From Bugula neritina (Eukaryota > Animalia > Bryozoa), in contig OZ037766.1 of NCBI GenBank assembly GCA_964035545.1, positions 29,948,640 through 30,012,639 on the forward strand: a stretch of 64,000 bases of DNA, given 5' to 3'. This document shows, piece by piece, positions 9,830 through 26,147 of the stretch (positions are counted from its first letter, which is position 1; every line of letters begins with the position of its first letter). Under the pieces are notes generated by a model. The model saw only the letters and a program-made list of their open reading frames with translations, was not told the DNA's origin and ran no database searches. The position numbers were made by a program, and so were the translations under genes.

Positions 9830-12047
9830 TATATTATATATATGTTCAACCATTCAACCACTGAGCATTATAACCTATGAAATCTCAAAATGGTAATAAA
9901 GTCTGCTTTGTCCTTTCTTCGACCATAAAAATTAATCTTTTTAACCTAAAAGGTGAACCCTAAGCTTTGCATATACATTTTATATTTATTCAAACATATT
10001 ATACAACGTGCCCATAAATTTTTTGTCAAAATTTCATCTGCTCCTACAAAATAAAAATCGGAGATGCATTTTATGTGGTGGTGACACATTTAGAACTTTG
10101 TTTACCAGATTAATTTGTCTGCAATTTTATTGGCTAATATGTTCTCACAAGGCTAATACTAATTGGCTTGCACAGCAGAGTTTTATTGATGATGAAGTTT
10201 TCCTTAAATTAAGGTGATGCAATCAAATACCAAATAGCTAAACGATCATGATAATGACATGGTATACATAATATTAATGGCCTGCGAGATATACTTAATA
10301 TATGCAAATCGTTCATTACACTAAAAACCATTAGAACAGGATTCTACATGGTTTAATGTCAAAAAGTCATGCCATTAATTATCTTGTCACTGAGTAATTG
10401 TTGACAATAAAACACAAGCTATCTTTTAGCCAATAAAATAGCTGGTTTATATGATATATTGAGTAACAGGTTGCTCAACTATAGTGATGATGCATGACAA
10501 AAATGAATTTTTTCGTGATGACATCAGTAATATTATGTATATTATAAATTACTAGTGAAAAGCTATAATTTATACTTTCATCATTTAGTCTCAGTGCAGC
10601 TGCTCTAATTATTGGTATTAATAAAATTATATTGTAAGCACTAAGAGATGACGCATATATATATGCTTCAAATCAGAAAATAAAATTCTAATTTTCTTCT
10701 CCCATATATAGTACTTAAGGTATTTAGAAATTTTTTTTGAACGGCATCTTTAAAACAATTCATTTTTTCAGTCTAACTTTTAATAGCCATATCAGCTACT
10801 GTGTAATCAATTAGGTGGTAGAATGCGTAGAATCAACTCTCTTGCATTGAAAATAAATATTATATTATAGACCTTCAATTAATGCTTTCTTTTAACTTTA
10901 ACTACAATTAAATTTGTATACATATTCTCCTTATAATACTAAATAATTCAAGTGATCAATAATACCAATGAAGTATTTTGATCTTATATTTAATTTTACC
11001 AACATTTCATAAAAGCAGCTATTCATTCAACCAGGTACCAACTCAGCTTTTTGCAAGCCACAGGCCACTACTGAGTAGTATTTGAGTTAAAAATCAAACA
11101 AATTTATATTGCTAAGCGAATCTTACCACGAATCAACATAAATAACTGCATATCTATGTGCATGATGAAGATATAGCACCTTTGTGTATTATAATATTAT
11201 CTGTACTTCATACAGTTGAATGAAAAAAAGATTTTCCCAATAAAACACAGATTATTAGAACTTTAGTTTCAATGCTTAGGTTGAAATATAAAATAATTAC
11301 AAAATAGAAGATGTGACACAGATGACTACTTTATATTTTTACCACTTGAAGAGTAAGTTATTAACTAGGCAAATTACTCATAATCTGGATCATTAAATAT
11401 GGAACTGATCACTGGGTAAGGACCTATAAATCTGACAATTAATCTCTATAATACGATATGAACGCAGAAGTAGCATACACTATTTTTCAACAGCCTGCTA
11501 TAACTGTAACATATTATCATTACAGGATGTTCCAATTTTACAATTTTACTTTCTTTATTAGTGTGGTATTAAAACTTAAATAATGCTGATATAGTGTAAA
11601 AATGCAAATATTTCACCAAAAGCTTGACGGGGTGATTTTAATATGTTGACTACAAGTTGCTTACTAAAGTATACTTTCAACTTTTACCTTTCACCACTAT
11701 GTCCCCATAAGTCAAGTAGCTGATACAACTTGCTTGCTGTTTATCTATAATTGATTAGTTTGATGGGCTGAAGAAAAGACAATCTGCATATTGTCATTAA
11801 TTGTAGCTATCTTACAAATCTTATTTTTATTTTAAAGTCATCCTGCTATGACTCACTATAAACACTTATGTTGCAAATTATATTTAGCAATAATTTGGTA
11901 ATGAAGCTCCTAGAACATCAACCAATCAGATAGCTGAGTTACATGGTAATCGCTTAAAGATTTGGTATATAAGGAGAAGGTTGAGATTTAATAAACAAAT
12001 CAGTACTGAATATCAGTTACACTACAAGAGAAACTAGAACTATTACT

Positions 12048-13141
12048 ATGAGGAAGAGCATAGCCTGTGGTCTACTATTGGCAGCAGTTTTTGCTGTCTC
12101 TGTTGATCTGAGTGATGCAACTTGTGGACGTAAGTAAAATATGGACTTATCAAATCCTAATTTCAGAGTTGAAAATATTAATTAAATGCTTATCATCAAT
12201 TACTATATTATAGTATATACAAAGTATTAGCTAATATTTATGCATATAAGCTAACTTTAATGAGTTTCTAAGCGTTTGAGCAATAAATTGTCGTATTAAA
12301 ACAAATGATAGTTTTTAAGTCCAATAAAAACATTTGTTTGAGTTTGAAAAGTTAATGAGACAGTAGAACTGTATTAAAAACTAAACATTTGTAATCTACA
12401 AAAAATTTCTTTCATATTTAATAAAAAAATTATCCCTATCCTAAATGACATGATATTTAATGTTTAAAAAGTTTAGTTTAATCCCGAGTATTTTTTCAGA
12501 TGGAGTAAACTGCCCCAGTGGGTATCTCCACAATCCACATTCTAGCACCTGCTACAAAATTGTTACATTGTCAAAGAACTGGGATAATGCCAAAGCCTAC
12601 TGTGAAGGAAATGGAGACAGACTTGCTGTGTTTGACAGTACTGACTCTATTTCTTGGGCTAAACACATGAGAAAAACTCACTCAGGTAAATTACTATAAT
12701 ATAACTTTCAAAATATATTATGATAAAACGTTTGCTTTTTTGAGTGCACATTTATATTGAAATATAGCTCCCCTATCATAGTTCGAGCAAAAATGGTTTA
12801 TATTATTGCAATGAAATAAAAGTAATACTCCGATATTTTTGTTTAAGAAAAAAAGATCATTGGCTAGAGCTAATATAGAAAATATTTTTACCCTATTTTA
12901 TGCAGCATGGAAAGGGCATATCAACAAATACATTTGGATTGGCGGAAGAAACTATCATGGTGTCTGGCAATGGGATGGGAAACTCAAGAAAGACATAGTT
13001 GTAGAGGACTGGTACCCCCAACGCCCCAACAATTTAGGAGGTCCTCAAGACTGTCTCGGTCTATTTGCTGATAGTAATGACCTCAAGTGGGATGATGGAA
13101 CCTGCACTTCTGCGGAATATTTTATGTGTGAAAAATATTAA
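12048..13141 (+). CDS. C-type lectin paralog A, unit 2
   Basis: Copy of 3049-4142 at offset +8999; identical ORF-track peptides. Confidence 0.95.
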
Positions 13142-13492
13142 CTAATAGAATAATTCAAACACTCTTTCTGTTTGTCACATCACAATAGCATGTATGTACT
13201 TTCAATAATGATCGAAGTTTTCTTTTGACAAGTGATAAATTTTTGCATTGTTTTAAAAATAAATATATTCATGCAGAGTATATTCAGCTAATTGTGTCTT
13301 TACAAAACTAAAGTTATATCAGATACATTTTGCATTAACGGAAAGCAAATAATTATAATTCATTATAGTTGATCTTACCTTTAAAAAGAATTTTCAAAAC
13401 TTAAAATTCAATTCTTTAAGCATTTTTGAATGTTAATACCTTTACATATCTTTATAAACATTAATAAAATAACCTTTGAATTATTGTAAAAA

Positions 13493-13619
13493 GGGAGCAG
13501 CCATGGTCTAGGGGTTAGAGCGTTTGCCTAGTAAACATGAAGTCATGGGTTCGAGCCCTGACAAAGGCCATTGGTAATGTTAGGAAAAGCACATAGTCAT
13601 AATTGTTCCCGTGCCTCAT
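13493..13619 (+). mobile_element. tRNA-derived SINE-like remnant, unit 2
   Basis: Copy of 4494-4620. Confidence 0.7.
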
Positions 13620-13761
13620 TTAAATAAGTCCTTAGCTCCTTTTAACAAAAACCCTTTCTATCACAGATTTCTCACAGGGATAGCAACGATAAACTTGCGT
13701 GAGTTGTTTTTGTTGAATCATTTTAAGAATTTATATTATAAGAATTATATATACACATACA

Positions 13762-13903
<142 letters not shown>

Positions 13904-15942
13904 ATATATGGCTATCACGGCTAGCACCATCGCAGCAAGCATATGCATCGTGCCATAATGTATGGAGAGGGAGACTGAGGAGTTGTCCTTTCGATAATAA
14001 TACTACAAAATCTCTACATCATAATTATTTTCTCTGATCTAGTTAAAACCTCTTAGATACAGGGTATTGAAAATTTAGTTTGCTCGTTTCAGCCATGAAA
14101 ATTTTTTTAAAACTCTCATAACTGCATTTTGTAAATTTGACAATTGCAAATTTGCAGTGTATATTTAAAAACTAAAAACCTTGTGAACCGATAACTTAGT
14201 GTTTAGATGCATGTTCATAAGTGTTATAATGGCACATAGAGTTCACTTCTTATTAGCTATAATTAGTAGTTATATAATGATTTCTATGTGAATCATGCAT
14301 TTCCTTCTTATTGTCATAGTCAGCATCTATATATAATGCTTGTGTATATATAGTTATTGCTTATAAACGGTTAGTAATAGTTGCTATAATAGATTCCAAA
14401 GTGCTATTGCCATCTTATATTCATAGTAGTTGTACCAAATAAATCAACATGTAATACATTACAAGTCAGCACCATCTTGTCACACACAATCACACATACC
14501 ATTATACCAATAAGCTAGCTTAGTTTGTATACTTGTAGAATTCCAGTGCCTTTAAATGCTATTGACTAAAACTTTTAAACTTCTATCATTACTAATCCAG
14601 TTGCATACCATTGACAAAAAAAGACATGAACTAAATAAGTAGTTCATTGAACAATATTAAACTTTTAAATTCTATCTTCATTTGTGCTTTGATGCAAAGC
14701 ACTGAACTTACGAAACTTATTCAACAGGTGGTTAATGGAATTTCATTTTTTTTTAACTTTTTGTGATGCTGTTAAACAAATTATAGTCGTTTTCTATTCA
14801 ATTACAACCTTATCTAATAAAGCATCTACAGAATTGCACTACTATAGGAAACCATGCAGGCTGATATACGTTTTGGATAATTTGCATTCAATTTGTTCAT
14901 TAAACTATCAATTTAGTAATCTGATATGCTCATTTGCTACTCACCCAACGCTGTCAGAGCTGACCAAATTATGTTAGAATTTGCTGTTATGCTAGTTGAG
15001 CAAGGCAGAGAGAAGCAATGGCAACAATATCAACAAAAAAATCAGGCTTGTCACTTTTGGGAATAAAAAGTTATAAAGCTGTTTATAATAAAATCTTAAA
15101 GAATTTACAAGAGTCAAGTGAAAACAGTTTTTGACTTGCTGCTTCAACATGTAGGTTCTGCAAATGCTAAAAACACAATGGCTGAATACTTATTTTATTT
15201 CTCGTCTATTAAAGTAAAAATTACAAATCTAAGTCAATAAGTTTTCTCATAAATTTACTGGCTCATACCCCCATGACCGTTGTGACCCAGTTACCCCTAC
15301 ACACCATGTGCAGCAAATTAAGACTGAAAATTGAAACTAGTTTTAAGTCATTATAAAATTTTACCAGGCCGTGGTATTTTCTAGTGATTGTTATAAATAT
15401 GTAAAGGAAAAAAGGCTGAGAGGGAAACATGCAATGATGAAGTGCATTCAACTGTCATATATATACTGCGTGGTAATTTGTATGTGTTTGAGGCTCATGA
15501 TGAAAAACCATCATGGATTCATATATCCCAATTTGCAAAAAGCTTAAGAGAAAACATAAAAAGCCCAACAAAATTAGAAAAAGTTTAATTATTTATTTAT
15601 GTTGTATTTTTTAGCATTTTATTAGTTTAGGGCAAACACATTCTGTATATTAGCAGCTAAATTGCAAAAAATAGCCAAAAAACAGAGAGATCGAGTGTGC
15701 ACTAAAGAAAGTAAAATGGCCCTGATTGAGTTCTACATATGGTTTATGATGTTCGATTCAAACGCATGCAAACATGCTTTATTGTGCATGACAGCATATT
15801 AACATATAATAAACGTATTTATCTCCTTTGCAATATCTAGCCAGTTGTGATTGTTTAGGCTACTCTATATATGATACTTATTTAAATATTGTTCTACAGC
15901 AGATTTTAGTTTTTTTAATATATATATATATATATATATACA

Positions 15943-16013
<71 letters not shown>

Positions 16014-16136
16014 ATATACCAAGTAATTGGTTGTAGAAAAATGCTTGAAACAAACAAAAAGTTCCAAAAGCAAAGAAAAATAAATAAAAAACAAAAATTA
16101 TAATTTTTGAAGCCTTTTAATATAGTATATTTATAC

Positions 16137-17222
16137 TTAATATTTTTCACACATAAAATAATGCGCAGCAGTGCAGGTTCCATCATCCCATTGAAGATTC
16201 TGATTGTTAGCAAATAGACCGAGACAGTCTTGAGGGCCTCCCGCATTGTTGGGACGTTGAGGGTACCAATCCTCTACAACTATGTCTTTCTCGAGTTTCC
16301 CATCCCATTGCCAGACCCCTTGATAGTTTCTTCCGCCAATCCAGATGTATTTGTTGATATGCCCTTTCCATGCTGCATATAAGATAAGATAAAATATAGA
16401 TGTATTTCACTAGCAGCTTTGTGCAATCCTAAATGCAAGACTATAATATTATTGTTATTTTGCTGATGTTATTTGCCATAATCTAGACTAAAGCTCGTTT
16501 CAAGAAGCATAATATATATAACTATTCCAATATGATTGTGCACTCAAATCCACAATATATCTTTAAAAATTATGAGAATTCACCTGAGTGAGTTTTCCTC
16601 ATATGTTTAGCCCAGGATATAGAGTCAGTACTATCAAACACAGCCAGTCTGTCTCCATTTCCTTCACAGTAGGCTTTGGCATCATTCCATTTCTTTGACA
16701 ACGTAACAATTTTGTAGCAGGTGCTAGAATGTGGATTGTAGATATAGCCACTGGGGCAGTTTACTCCATCTGAAAAAAATATATATTTAGAATGAGCCAA
16801 AAATTTTAAACTCAAAATATCAAGTCATGTAAGATACAAGTATTATCTTTTATGTGTGACAACATTTTGTGTCAATTATAACAAGCGTTTGATGATTTTT
16901 GCAATAGTCAAAAACCATTAATAATTAATACAACTATTGCTTTTTTAATTTTCCACATTTCTGCTAATCCGTTCATTAAAATTGTAAAAAAATAATTAGT
17001 TCTAATACGTTTATTTATTTCAAGAGCAATGCAAGAACTTATTAAATTTGGTAAATTCTCAACAGTTTAGTTTTACATCTATTAACATTTTATTTGCAAT
17101 TCTAAACTTGAACCCTATATAAGAACTTTGCTTTACTTACGTCCACATGTTGCATCACTCAGATCAAAACAGACAGCAATAATTGCTGCCAATAGTAGAC
17201 CACAGGCTATGCTCTTCTTCAT
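16137..17222 (-). CDS. C-type lectin paralog B, unit 2
   Basis: Copy of 7143-8228 at offset +8994. Confidence 0.95.
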
Positions 17223-17829
17223 AGTAATAGTTTTAGTTTCTCTTGTAGTGTATAACTGATTTTCAGTACTGATGTGCTTATCACATCTCAACACTCTCCC
17301 TTATATACCAAATCTCAATGTGATTACCAAGTAACTTAGCTACCTGATTGGTTGTTTTTTGTCCAGTAAACCGTAAATATATTGCAAAACCATCACTAAA
17401 CATTATTTTTTATATATGACTAAATAAATTATGTCTCTTATACGTATGTAGTTATGACAATTTTCTAGGTCTTGTTTTTTTAAATTAGCATCAGAAATTA
17501 TCTTTCAAAAATTGTACATTGCATGAAAGCCCAACAAAAAATTAATTATAATATTTCATTGCATTATATTCTAGTAAACAACATCTGTTAGATTTATAAT
17601 TGAGTGTAAAAGACATTGTTAAAATTATTAGCTTAAAATTTCTGCTAATACAAAAGCTAGACTAGACACTGCTTCTTGCTACTTGAAGAATCTCTGACAG
17701 ACTCCATTAATGCATTGCTAAGATGTTGATATAGATTTAAGCTGTCATGTCTATAAACTGTTTATTTGAAGGCTTTATGCTCAATAAAAAGTTTTAATGT
17801 AGACTTTGTGTAGAAATATATATATATAT

Positions 17830-18823
17830 TATCAAGAAAAAGAGCAATTTAATTAGATATTATTTTATTGTGCTACTAATTACTATTAGTTTCATTCCTC
17901 TGCAGCACTCTTCAGGCACAATATTGAATTCAAATTTTACATTAAGAAAATCAACATGCTAAACGTACAATGTAAAACATAACACAAACATAGCAGTGGC
18001 TTTGGTGTTATATAGGTTTGTAAGTGTTTTTAAATATATAAAAAACATAATGTAAAAACACAATTGATAGTAGATGAAGTTGTTGTTGGGTGACTATGCT
18101 CTGTGGGTATTTGGATATTATTTAATTGCTACAGTACATATAATATAAATACAGAGTCTCTATAGGTTTTATGGTTGCACAGTAAGAGTTTTTTTGAGTG
18201 TCGGCAGGTTGATAAGAGTTCGTTTCGCTTGTTTAGAGTACACATGGTAGGTTTGTATAAAATAAAAAAACATTCCCACAGGCATAAATTACACCTTTTG
18301 GTAATTGTGTTGTATGGTTTTGCTTTCCTCAACATTTTCCAACTTATATTGCGTTTAATGTTTTTGTTAGTTAGTTGCCAAGTGTATTTGCTAAGTTCTG
18401 TTTGATTTGCTTTTTCTTTGTTTTTAAATGATGATTTGTGGTTTGCGTATCTTAGTTTGAACGGTCCTTCACTCAGGCCAATGTATGTTGCAGGCTCGTT
18501 TTCGGTAGTTTCTACAGTTGCTTGGTATATTACTCTGCTCTCCTGACAGTTTTCTTCCAGTGTACAACTTTCTTTTTCTCTGCAGTTGCAGTTTTTTCTG
18601 GGGGTTTTGTTTTGTTGCTTCTGTTTCTCTGTTTTTCTGATATTCTGTTTTTGTGGGCGTCTAAATTATGGTCTGTTTTATGTTTGGCATGCAGCTGTAG
18701 CTAACTTTTATATTGTTTTTGTTGATTATTTTATAGAGTGGATGTTCAGATTTTAAAGAAGTTTTTTTGCAATTTTTGTGGTTACATATTGGCTGTGTGT
18801 TGGATTGTACCAATCTACTTTTT
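17830..18823 (-). mobile_element. 5'-truncated PLE copy
   Basis: Copy of 8836-9829. Confidence 0.85.
17866..17923 (-). ncRNA. Type I hammerhead ribozyme, copy
   Basis: Identical to 8872-8929. Confidence 0.85.
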
Positions 18824-21041
18824 TATATTATATATATGTTCAACCATTCAACCACTGAGCATTATAACCTATGAAATCTCAAAATGGTAATAAAGTCTGC
18901 TTTGTCCTTTCTTCGACCATAAAAATTAATCTTTTTAACCTAAAAGGTGAACCCTAAGCTTTGCATATACATTTTATATTTATTCAAACATATTATACAA
19001 CGTGCCCATAAATTTTTTGTCAAAATTTCATCTGCTCCTACAAAATAAAAATCGGAGATGCATTTTATGTGGTGGTGACACATTTAGAACTTTGTTTACC
19101 AGATTAATTTGTCTGCAATTTTATTGGCTAATATGTTCTCACAAGGCTAATACTAATTGGCTTGCACAGCAGAGTTTTATTGATGATGAAGTTTTCCTTA
19201 AATTAAGGTGATGCAATCAAATACCAAATAGCTAAACGATCATGATAATGACATGGTATACATAATATTAATGGCCTGCGAGATATACTTAATATATGCA
19301 AATCGTTCATTACACTAAAAACCATTAGAACAGGATTCTACATGGTTTAATGTCAAAAAGTCATGCCATTAATTATCTTGTCACTGAGTAATTGTTGACA
19401 ATAAAACACAAGCTATCTTTTAGCCAATAAAATAGCTGGTTTATATGATATATTGAGTAACAGGTTGCTCAACTATAGTGATGATGCATGACAAAAATGA
19501 ATTTTTTCGTGATGACATCAGTAATATTATGTATATTATAAATTACTAGTGAAAAGCTATAATTTATACTTTCATCATTTAGTCTCAGTGCAGCTGCTCT
19601 AATTATTGGTATTAATAAAATTATATTGTAAGCACTAAGAGATGACGCATATATATATGCTTCAAATCAGAAAATAAAATTCTAATTTTCTTCTCCCATA
19701 TATAGTACTTAAGGTATTTAGAAATTTTTTTTGAACGGCATCTTTAAAACAATTCATTTTTTCAGTCTAACTTTTAATAGCCATATCAGCTACTGTGTAA
19801 TCAATTAGGTGGTAGAATGCGTAGAATCAACTCTCTTGCATTGAAAATAAATATTATATTATAGACCTTCAATTAATGCTTTCTTTTAACTTTAACTACA
19901 ATTAAATTTGTATACATATTCTCCTTATAATACTAAATAATTCAAGTGATCAATAATACCAATGAAGTATTTTGATCTTATATTTAATTTTACCAACATT
20001 TCATAAAAGCAGCTATTCATTCAACCAGGTACCAACTCAGCTTTTTGCAAGCCACAGGCCACTACTGAGTAGTATTTGAGTTAAAAATCAAACAAATTTA
20101 TATTGCTAAGCGAATCTTACCACGAATCAACATAAATAACTGCATATCTATGTGCATGATGAAGATATAGCACCTTTGTGTATTATAATATTATCTGTAC
20201 TTCATACAGTTGAATGAAAAAAAGATTTTCCCAATAAAACACAGATTATTAGAACTTTAGTTTCAATGCTTAGGTTGAAATATAAAATAATTACAAAATA
20301 GAAGATGTGACACAGATGACTACTTTATATTTTTACCACTTGAAGAGTAAGTTATTAACTAGGCAAATTACTCATAATCTGGATCATTAAATATGGAACT
20401 GATCACTGGGTAAGGACCTATAAATCTGACAATTAATCTCTATAATACGATATGAACGCAGAAGTAGCATACACTATTTTTCAACAGCCTGCTATAACTG
20501 TAACATATTATCATTACAGGATGTTCCAATTTTACAATTTTACTTTCTTTATTAGTGTGGTATTAAAACTTAAATAATGCTGATATAGTGTAAAAATGCA
20601 AATATTTCACCAAAAGCTTGACGGGGTGATTTTAATATGTTGACTACAAGTTGCTTACTAAAGTATACTTTCAACTTTTACCTTTCACCACTATGTCCCC
20701 ATAAGTCAAGTAGCTGATACAACTTGCTTGCTGTTTATCTATAATTGATTAGTTTGATGGGCTGAAGAAAAGACAATCTGCATATTGTCATTAATTGTAG
20801 CTATCTTACAAATCTTATTTTTATTTTAAAGTCATCCTGCTATGACTCACTATAAACACTTATGTTGCAAATTATATTTAGCAATAATTTGGTAATGAAG
20901 CTCCTAGAACATCAACCAATCAGATAGCTGAGTTACATGGTAATCGCTTAAAGATTTGGTATATAAGGAGAAGGTTGAGATTTAATAAACAAATCAGTAC
21001 TGAATATCAGTTACACTACAAGAGAAACTAGAACTATTACT

Positions 21042-22135
21042 ATGAGGAAGAGCATAGCCTGTGGTCTACTATTGGCAGCAGTTTTTGCTGTCTCTGTTGA
21101 TCTGAGTGATGCAACTTGTGGACGTAAGTAAAATATGGACTTATCAAATCCTAATTTCAGAGTTGAAAATATTAATTAAATGCTTATCATCAATTACTAT
21201 ATTATAGTATATACAAAGTATTAGCTAATATTTATGCATATAAGCTAACTTTAATGAGTTTCTAAGCGTTTGAGCAATAAATTGTCGTATTAAAACAAAT
21301 GATAGTTTTTAAGTCCAATAAAAACATTTGTTTGAGTTTGAAAAGTTAATGAGACAGTAGAACTGTATTAAAAACTAAACATTTGTAATCTACAAAAAAT
21401 TTCTTTCATATTTAATAAAAAAATTATCCCTATCCTAAATGACATGATATTTAATGTTTAAAAAGTTTAGTTTAATCCCGAGTATTTTTTCAGATGGAGT
21501 AAACTGCCCCAGTGGGTATCTCCACAATCCACATTCTAGCACCTGCTACAAAATTGTTACATTGTCAAAGAACTGGGATAATGCCAAAGCCTACTGTGAA
21601 GGAAATGGAGACAGACTTGCTGTGTTTGACAGTACTGACTCTATTTCTTGGGCTAAACACATGAGAAAAACTCACTCAGGTAAATTACTATAATATAACT
21701 TTCAAAATATATTATGATAAAACGTTTGCTTTTTTGAGTGCACATTTATATTGAAATATAGCTCCCCTATCATAGTTCGAGCAAAAATGGTTTATATTAT
21801 TGCAATGAAATAAAAGTAATACTCCGATATTTTTGTTTAAGAAAAAAAGATCATTGGCTAGAGCTAATATAGAAAATATTTTTACCCTATTTTATGCAGC
21901 ATGGAAAGGGCATATCAACAAATACATTTGGATTGGCGGAAGAAACTATCATGGTGTCTGGCAATGGGATGGGAAACTCAAGAAAGACATAGTTGTAGAG
22001 GACTGGTACCCCCAACGCCCCAACAATTTAGGAGGTCCTCAAGACTGTCTCGGTCTATTTGCTGATAGTAATGACCTCAAGTGGGATGATGGAACCTGCA
22101 CTTCTGCGGAATATTTTATGTGTGAAAAATATTAA
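21042..22135 (+). CDS. C-type lectin paralog A, unit 3
   Basis: Copy of 3049-4142 at offset +17993. Confidence 0.95.
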
Positions 22136-22486
22136 CTAATAGAATAATTCAAACACTCTTTCTGTTTGTCACATCACAATAGCATGTATGTACTTTCAAT
22201 AATGATCGAAGTTTTCTTTTGACAAGTGATAAATTTTTGCATTGTTTTAAAAATAAATATATTCATGCAGAGTATATTCAGCTAATTGTGTCTTTACAAA
22301 ACTAAAGTTATATCAGATACATTTTGCATTAACGGAAAGCAAATAATTATAATTCATTATAGTTGATCTTACCTTTAAAAAGAATTTTCAAAACTTAAAA
22401 TTCAATTCTTTAAGCATTTTTGAATGTTAATACCTTTACATATCTTTATAAACATTAATAAAATAACCTTTGAATTATTGTAAAAA

Positions 22487-22613
22487 GGGAGCAGCCATGG
22501 TCTAGGGGTTAGAGCGTTTGCCTAGTAAACATGAAGTCATGGGTTCGAGCCCTGACAAAGGCCATTGGTAATGTTAGGAAAAGCACATAGTCATAATTGT
22601 TCCCGTGCCTCAT
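22487..22613 (+). mobile_element. tRNA-derived SINE-like remnant, unit 3
   Basis: Copy of 4494-4620. Confidence 0.7.
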
Positions 22614-22748
22614 TTAAATAAGTCCTTAGCTCCTTTTAACAAAAACCCTTTCTATCACAGATTTCTCACAGGGATAGCAACGATAAACTTGCGTGAGTTG
22701 TTTTTGTTGAATCATTTTAAGAATTTATATTATAAGAATTATATATAC

Positions 22749-22830
<82 letters not shown>

Positions 22831-24869
22831 ATATATGGCTATCACGGCTAGCACCATCGCAGCAAGCATATGCATCGTGCCATAATGTATGGAGAGGGAG
22901 ACTGAGGAGTTGTCCTTTCGATAATAATACTACAAAATCTCTACATCATAATTATTTTCTCTGATCTAGTTAAAACCTCTTAGATACAGGGTATTGAAAA
23001 TTTAGTTTGCTCGTTTCAGCCATGAAAATTTTTTTAAAACTCTCATAACTGCATTTTGTAAATTTGACAATTGCAAATTTGCAGTGTATATTTAAAAACT
23101 AAAAACCTTGTGAACCGATAACTTAGTGTTTAGATGCATGTTCATAAGTGTTATAATGGCACATAGAGTTCACTTCTTATTAGCTATAATTAGTAGTTAT
23201 ATAATGATTTCTATGTGAATCATGCATTTCCTTCTTATTGTCATAGTCAGCATCTATATATAATGCTTGTGTATATATAGTTATTGCTTATAAACGGTTA
23301 GTAATAGTTGCTATAATAGATTCCAAAGTGCTATTGCCATCTTATATTCATAGTAGTTGTACCAAATAAATCAACATGTAATACATTACAAGTCAGCACC
23401 ATCTTGTCACACACAATCACACATACCATTATACCAATAAGCTAGCTTAGTTTGTATACTTGTAGAATTCCAGTGCCTTTAAATGCTATTGACTAAAACT
23501 TTTAAACTTCTATCATTACTAATCCAGTTGCATACCATTGACAAAAAAAGACATGAACTAAATAAGTAGTTCATTGAACAATATTAAACTTTTAAATTCT
23601 ATCTTCATTTGTGCTTTGATGCAAAGCACTGAACTTACGAAACTTATTCAACAGGTGGTTAATGGAATTTCATTTTTTTTTAACTTTTTGTGATGCTGTT
23701 AAACAAATTATAGTCGTTTTCTATTCAATTACAACCTTATCTAATAAAGCATCTACAGAATTGCACTACTATAGGAAACCATGCAGGCTGATATACGTTT
23801 TGGATAATTTGCATTCAATTTGTTCATTAAACTATCAATTTAGTAATCTGATATGCTCATTTGCTACTCACCCAACGCTGTCAGAGCTGACCAAATTATG
23901 TTAGAATTTGCTGTTATGCTAGTTGAGCAAGGCAGAGAGAAGCAATGGCAACAATATCAACAAAAAAATCAGGCTTGTCACTTTTGGGAATAAAAAGTTA
24001 TAAAGCTGTTTATAATAAAATCTTAAAGAATTTACAAGAGTCAAGTGAAAACAGTTTTTGACTTGCTGCTTCAACATGTAGGTTCTGCAAATGCTAAAAA
24101 CACAATGGCTGAATACTTATTTTATTTCTCGTCTATTAAAATAAAAATTACAAATCTAAGTCAATAAGTTTTCTCATAAATTTACTGGCTCATACCCCCA
24201 TGACCGTTGTGACCCAGTTACCCCTACACACCATGTGCAGCAAATTAAGACTGAAAATTGAAACTAGTTTTAAGTCATTATAAAATTTTACCAGGCCGTG
24301 GTATTTTCTAGTGATTGTTATAAATATGTAAAGGAAAAAAGGCTGAGAGGGAAACATGCAATGATGAAGTGCATTCAACTGTCATATATATACTGCGTGG
24401 TAATTTGTATGTGTTTGAGGCTCATGATGAAAAACCATCATGGATTCATATATCCCAATTTGCAAAAAGCTTAAGAGAAAACATAAAAAGCCCAACAAAA
24501 TTAGAAAAAGTTTAATTATTTATTTATGTTGTATTTTTTAGCATTTTATTAGTTTAGGGCAAACACATTCTGTATATTAGCAGCTAAATTGCAAAAAATA
24601 GCCAAAAAACAGAGAGATCGAGTGTGCACTAAAGAAAGTAAAATGGCCCTGATTGAGTTCTACATATGGTTTATGATGTTCGATTCAAACGCATGCAAAC
24701 ATGCTTTATTGTGCATGACAGCATATTAACATATAATAAACGTATTTATCTCCTTTGCAATATCTAGCCAGTTGTGATTGTTTAGGCTACTCTATATATG
24801 ATACTTATTTAAATATTGTTCTACAGCAGATTTTAGTTTTTTTAATATATATATATATATATATATACA

Positions 24870-24938
<69 letters not shown>

Positions 24939-25061
24939 ATATACCAAGTAATTGGTTGTAGAAAAATGCTTGAAACAAACAAAAAGTTCCAAAAGCAAAG
25001 AAAAATAAATAAAAAACAAAAATTATAATTTTTGAAGCCTTTTAATATAGTATATTTATAC

Positions 25062-26147
25062 TTAATATTTTTCACACATAAAATAATGCGCAGCAGTGCA
25101 GGTTCCATCATCCCATTGAAGATTCTGATTGTTAGCAAATAGACCGAGACAGTCTTGAGGGCCTCCCGCATTGTTGGGACGTTGAGGGTACCAATCCTCT
25201 ACAACTATGTCTTTCTCGAGTTTCCCATCCCATTGCCAGACCCCTTGATAGTTTCTTCCGCCAATCCAGATGTATTTGTTGATATGCCCTTTCCATGCTG
25301 CATATAAGATAAGATAAAATATAGATGTATTTCACTAGCAGCTTTGTGCAATCCTAAATGCAAGACTATAATATTATTGTTATTTTGCTGATGTTATTTG
25401 CCATAATCTAGACTAAAGCTCGTTTCAAGAAGCATAATATATATAACTATTCCAATATGATTGTGCACTCAAATCCACAATATATCTTTAAAAATTATGA
25501 GAATTCACCTGAGTGAGTTTTCCTCATATGTTTAGCCCAGGATATAGAGTCAGTACTATCAAACACAGCCAGTCTGTCTCCATTTCCTTCACAGTAGGCT
25601 TTGGCATCATTCCATTTCTTTGACAACGTAACAATTTTGTAGCAGGTGCTAGAATGTGGATTGTAGATATAGCCACTGGGGCAGTTTACTCCATCTGAAA
25701 AAAATATATATTTAGAATGAGCCAAAAATTTTAAACTCAAAATATCAAGTCATGTAAGATACAAGTATTATCTTTTATGTGTGACAACATTTTGTGTCAA
25801 TTATAACAAGCGTTTGATGATTTTTGCAATAGTCAAAAACCATTAATAATTAATACAACTATTGCTTTTTTAATTTTCCACATTTCTGCTAATCCGTTCA
25901 TTAAAATTGTAAAAAAATAATTAGTTCTAATACGTTTATTTATTTCAAGAGCAATGCAAGAACTTATTAAATTTGGTAAATTCTCAACAGTTTAGTTTTA
26001 CATCTATTAACATTTTATTTGCAATTCTAAACTTGAACCCTATATAAGAACTTTGCTTTACTTACGTCCACATGTTGCATCACTCAGATCAAAACAGACA
26101 GCAATAATTGCTGCCAATAGTAGACCACAGGCTATGCTCTTCTTCAT
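25062..26147 (-). CDS. C-type lectin paralog B, unit 3
   Basis: Copy of 7143-8228 at offset +17919. Confidence 0.95.
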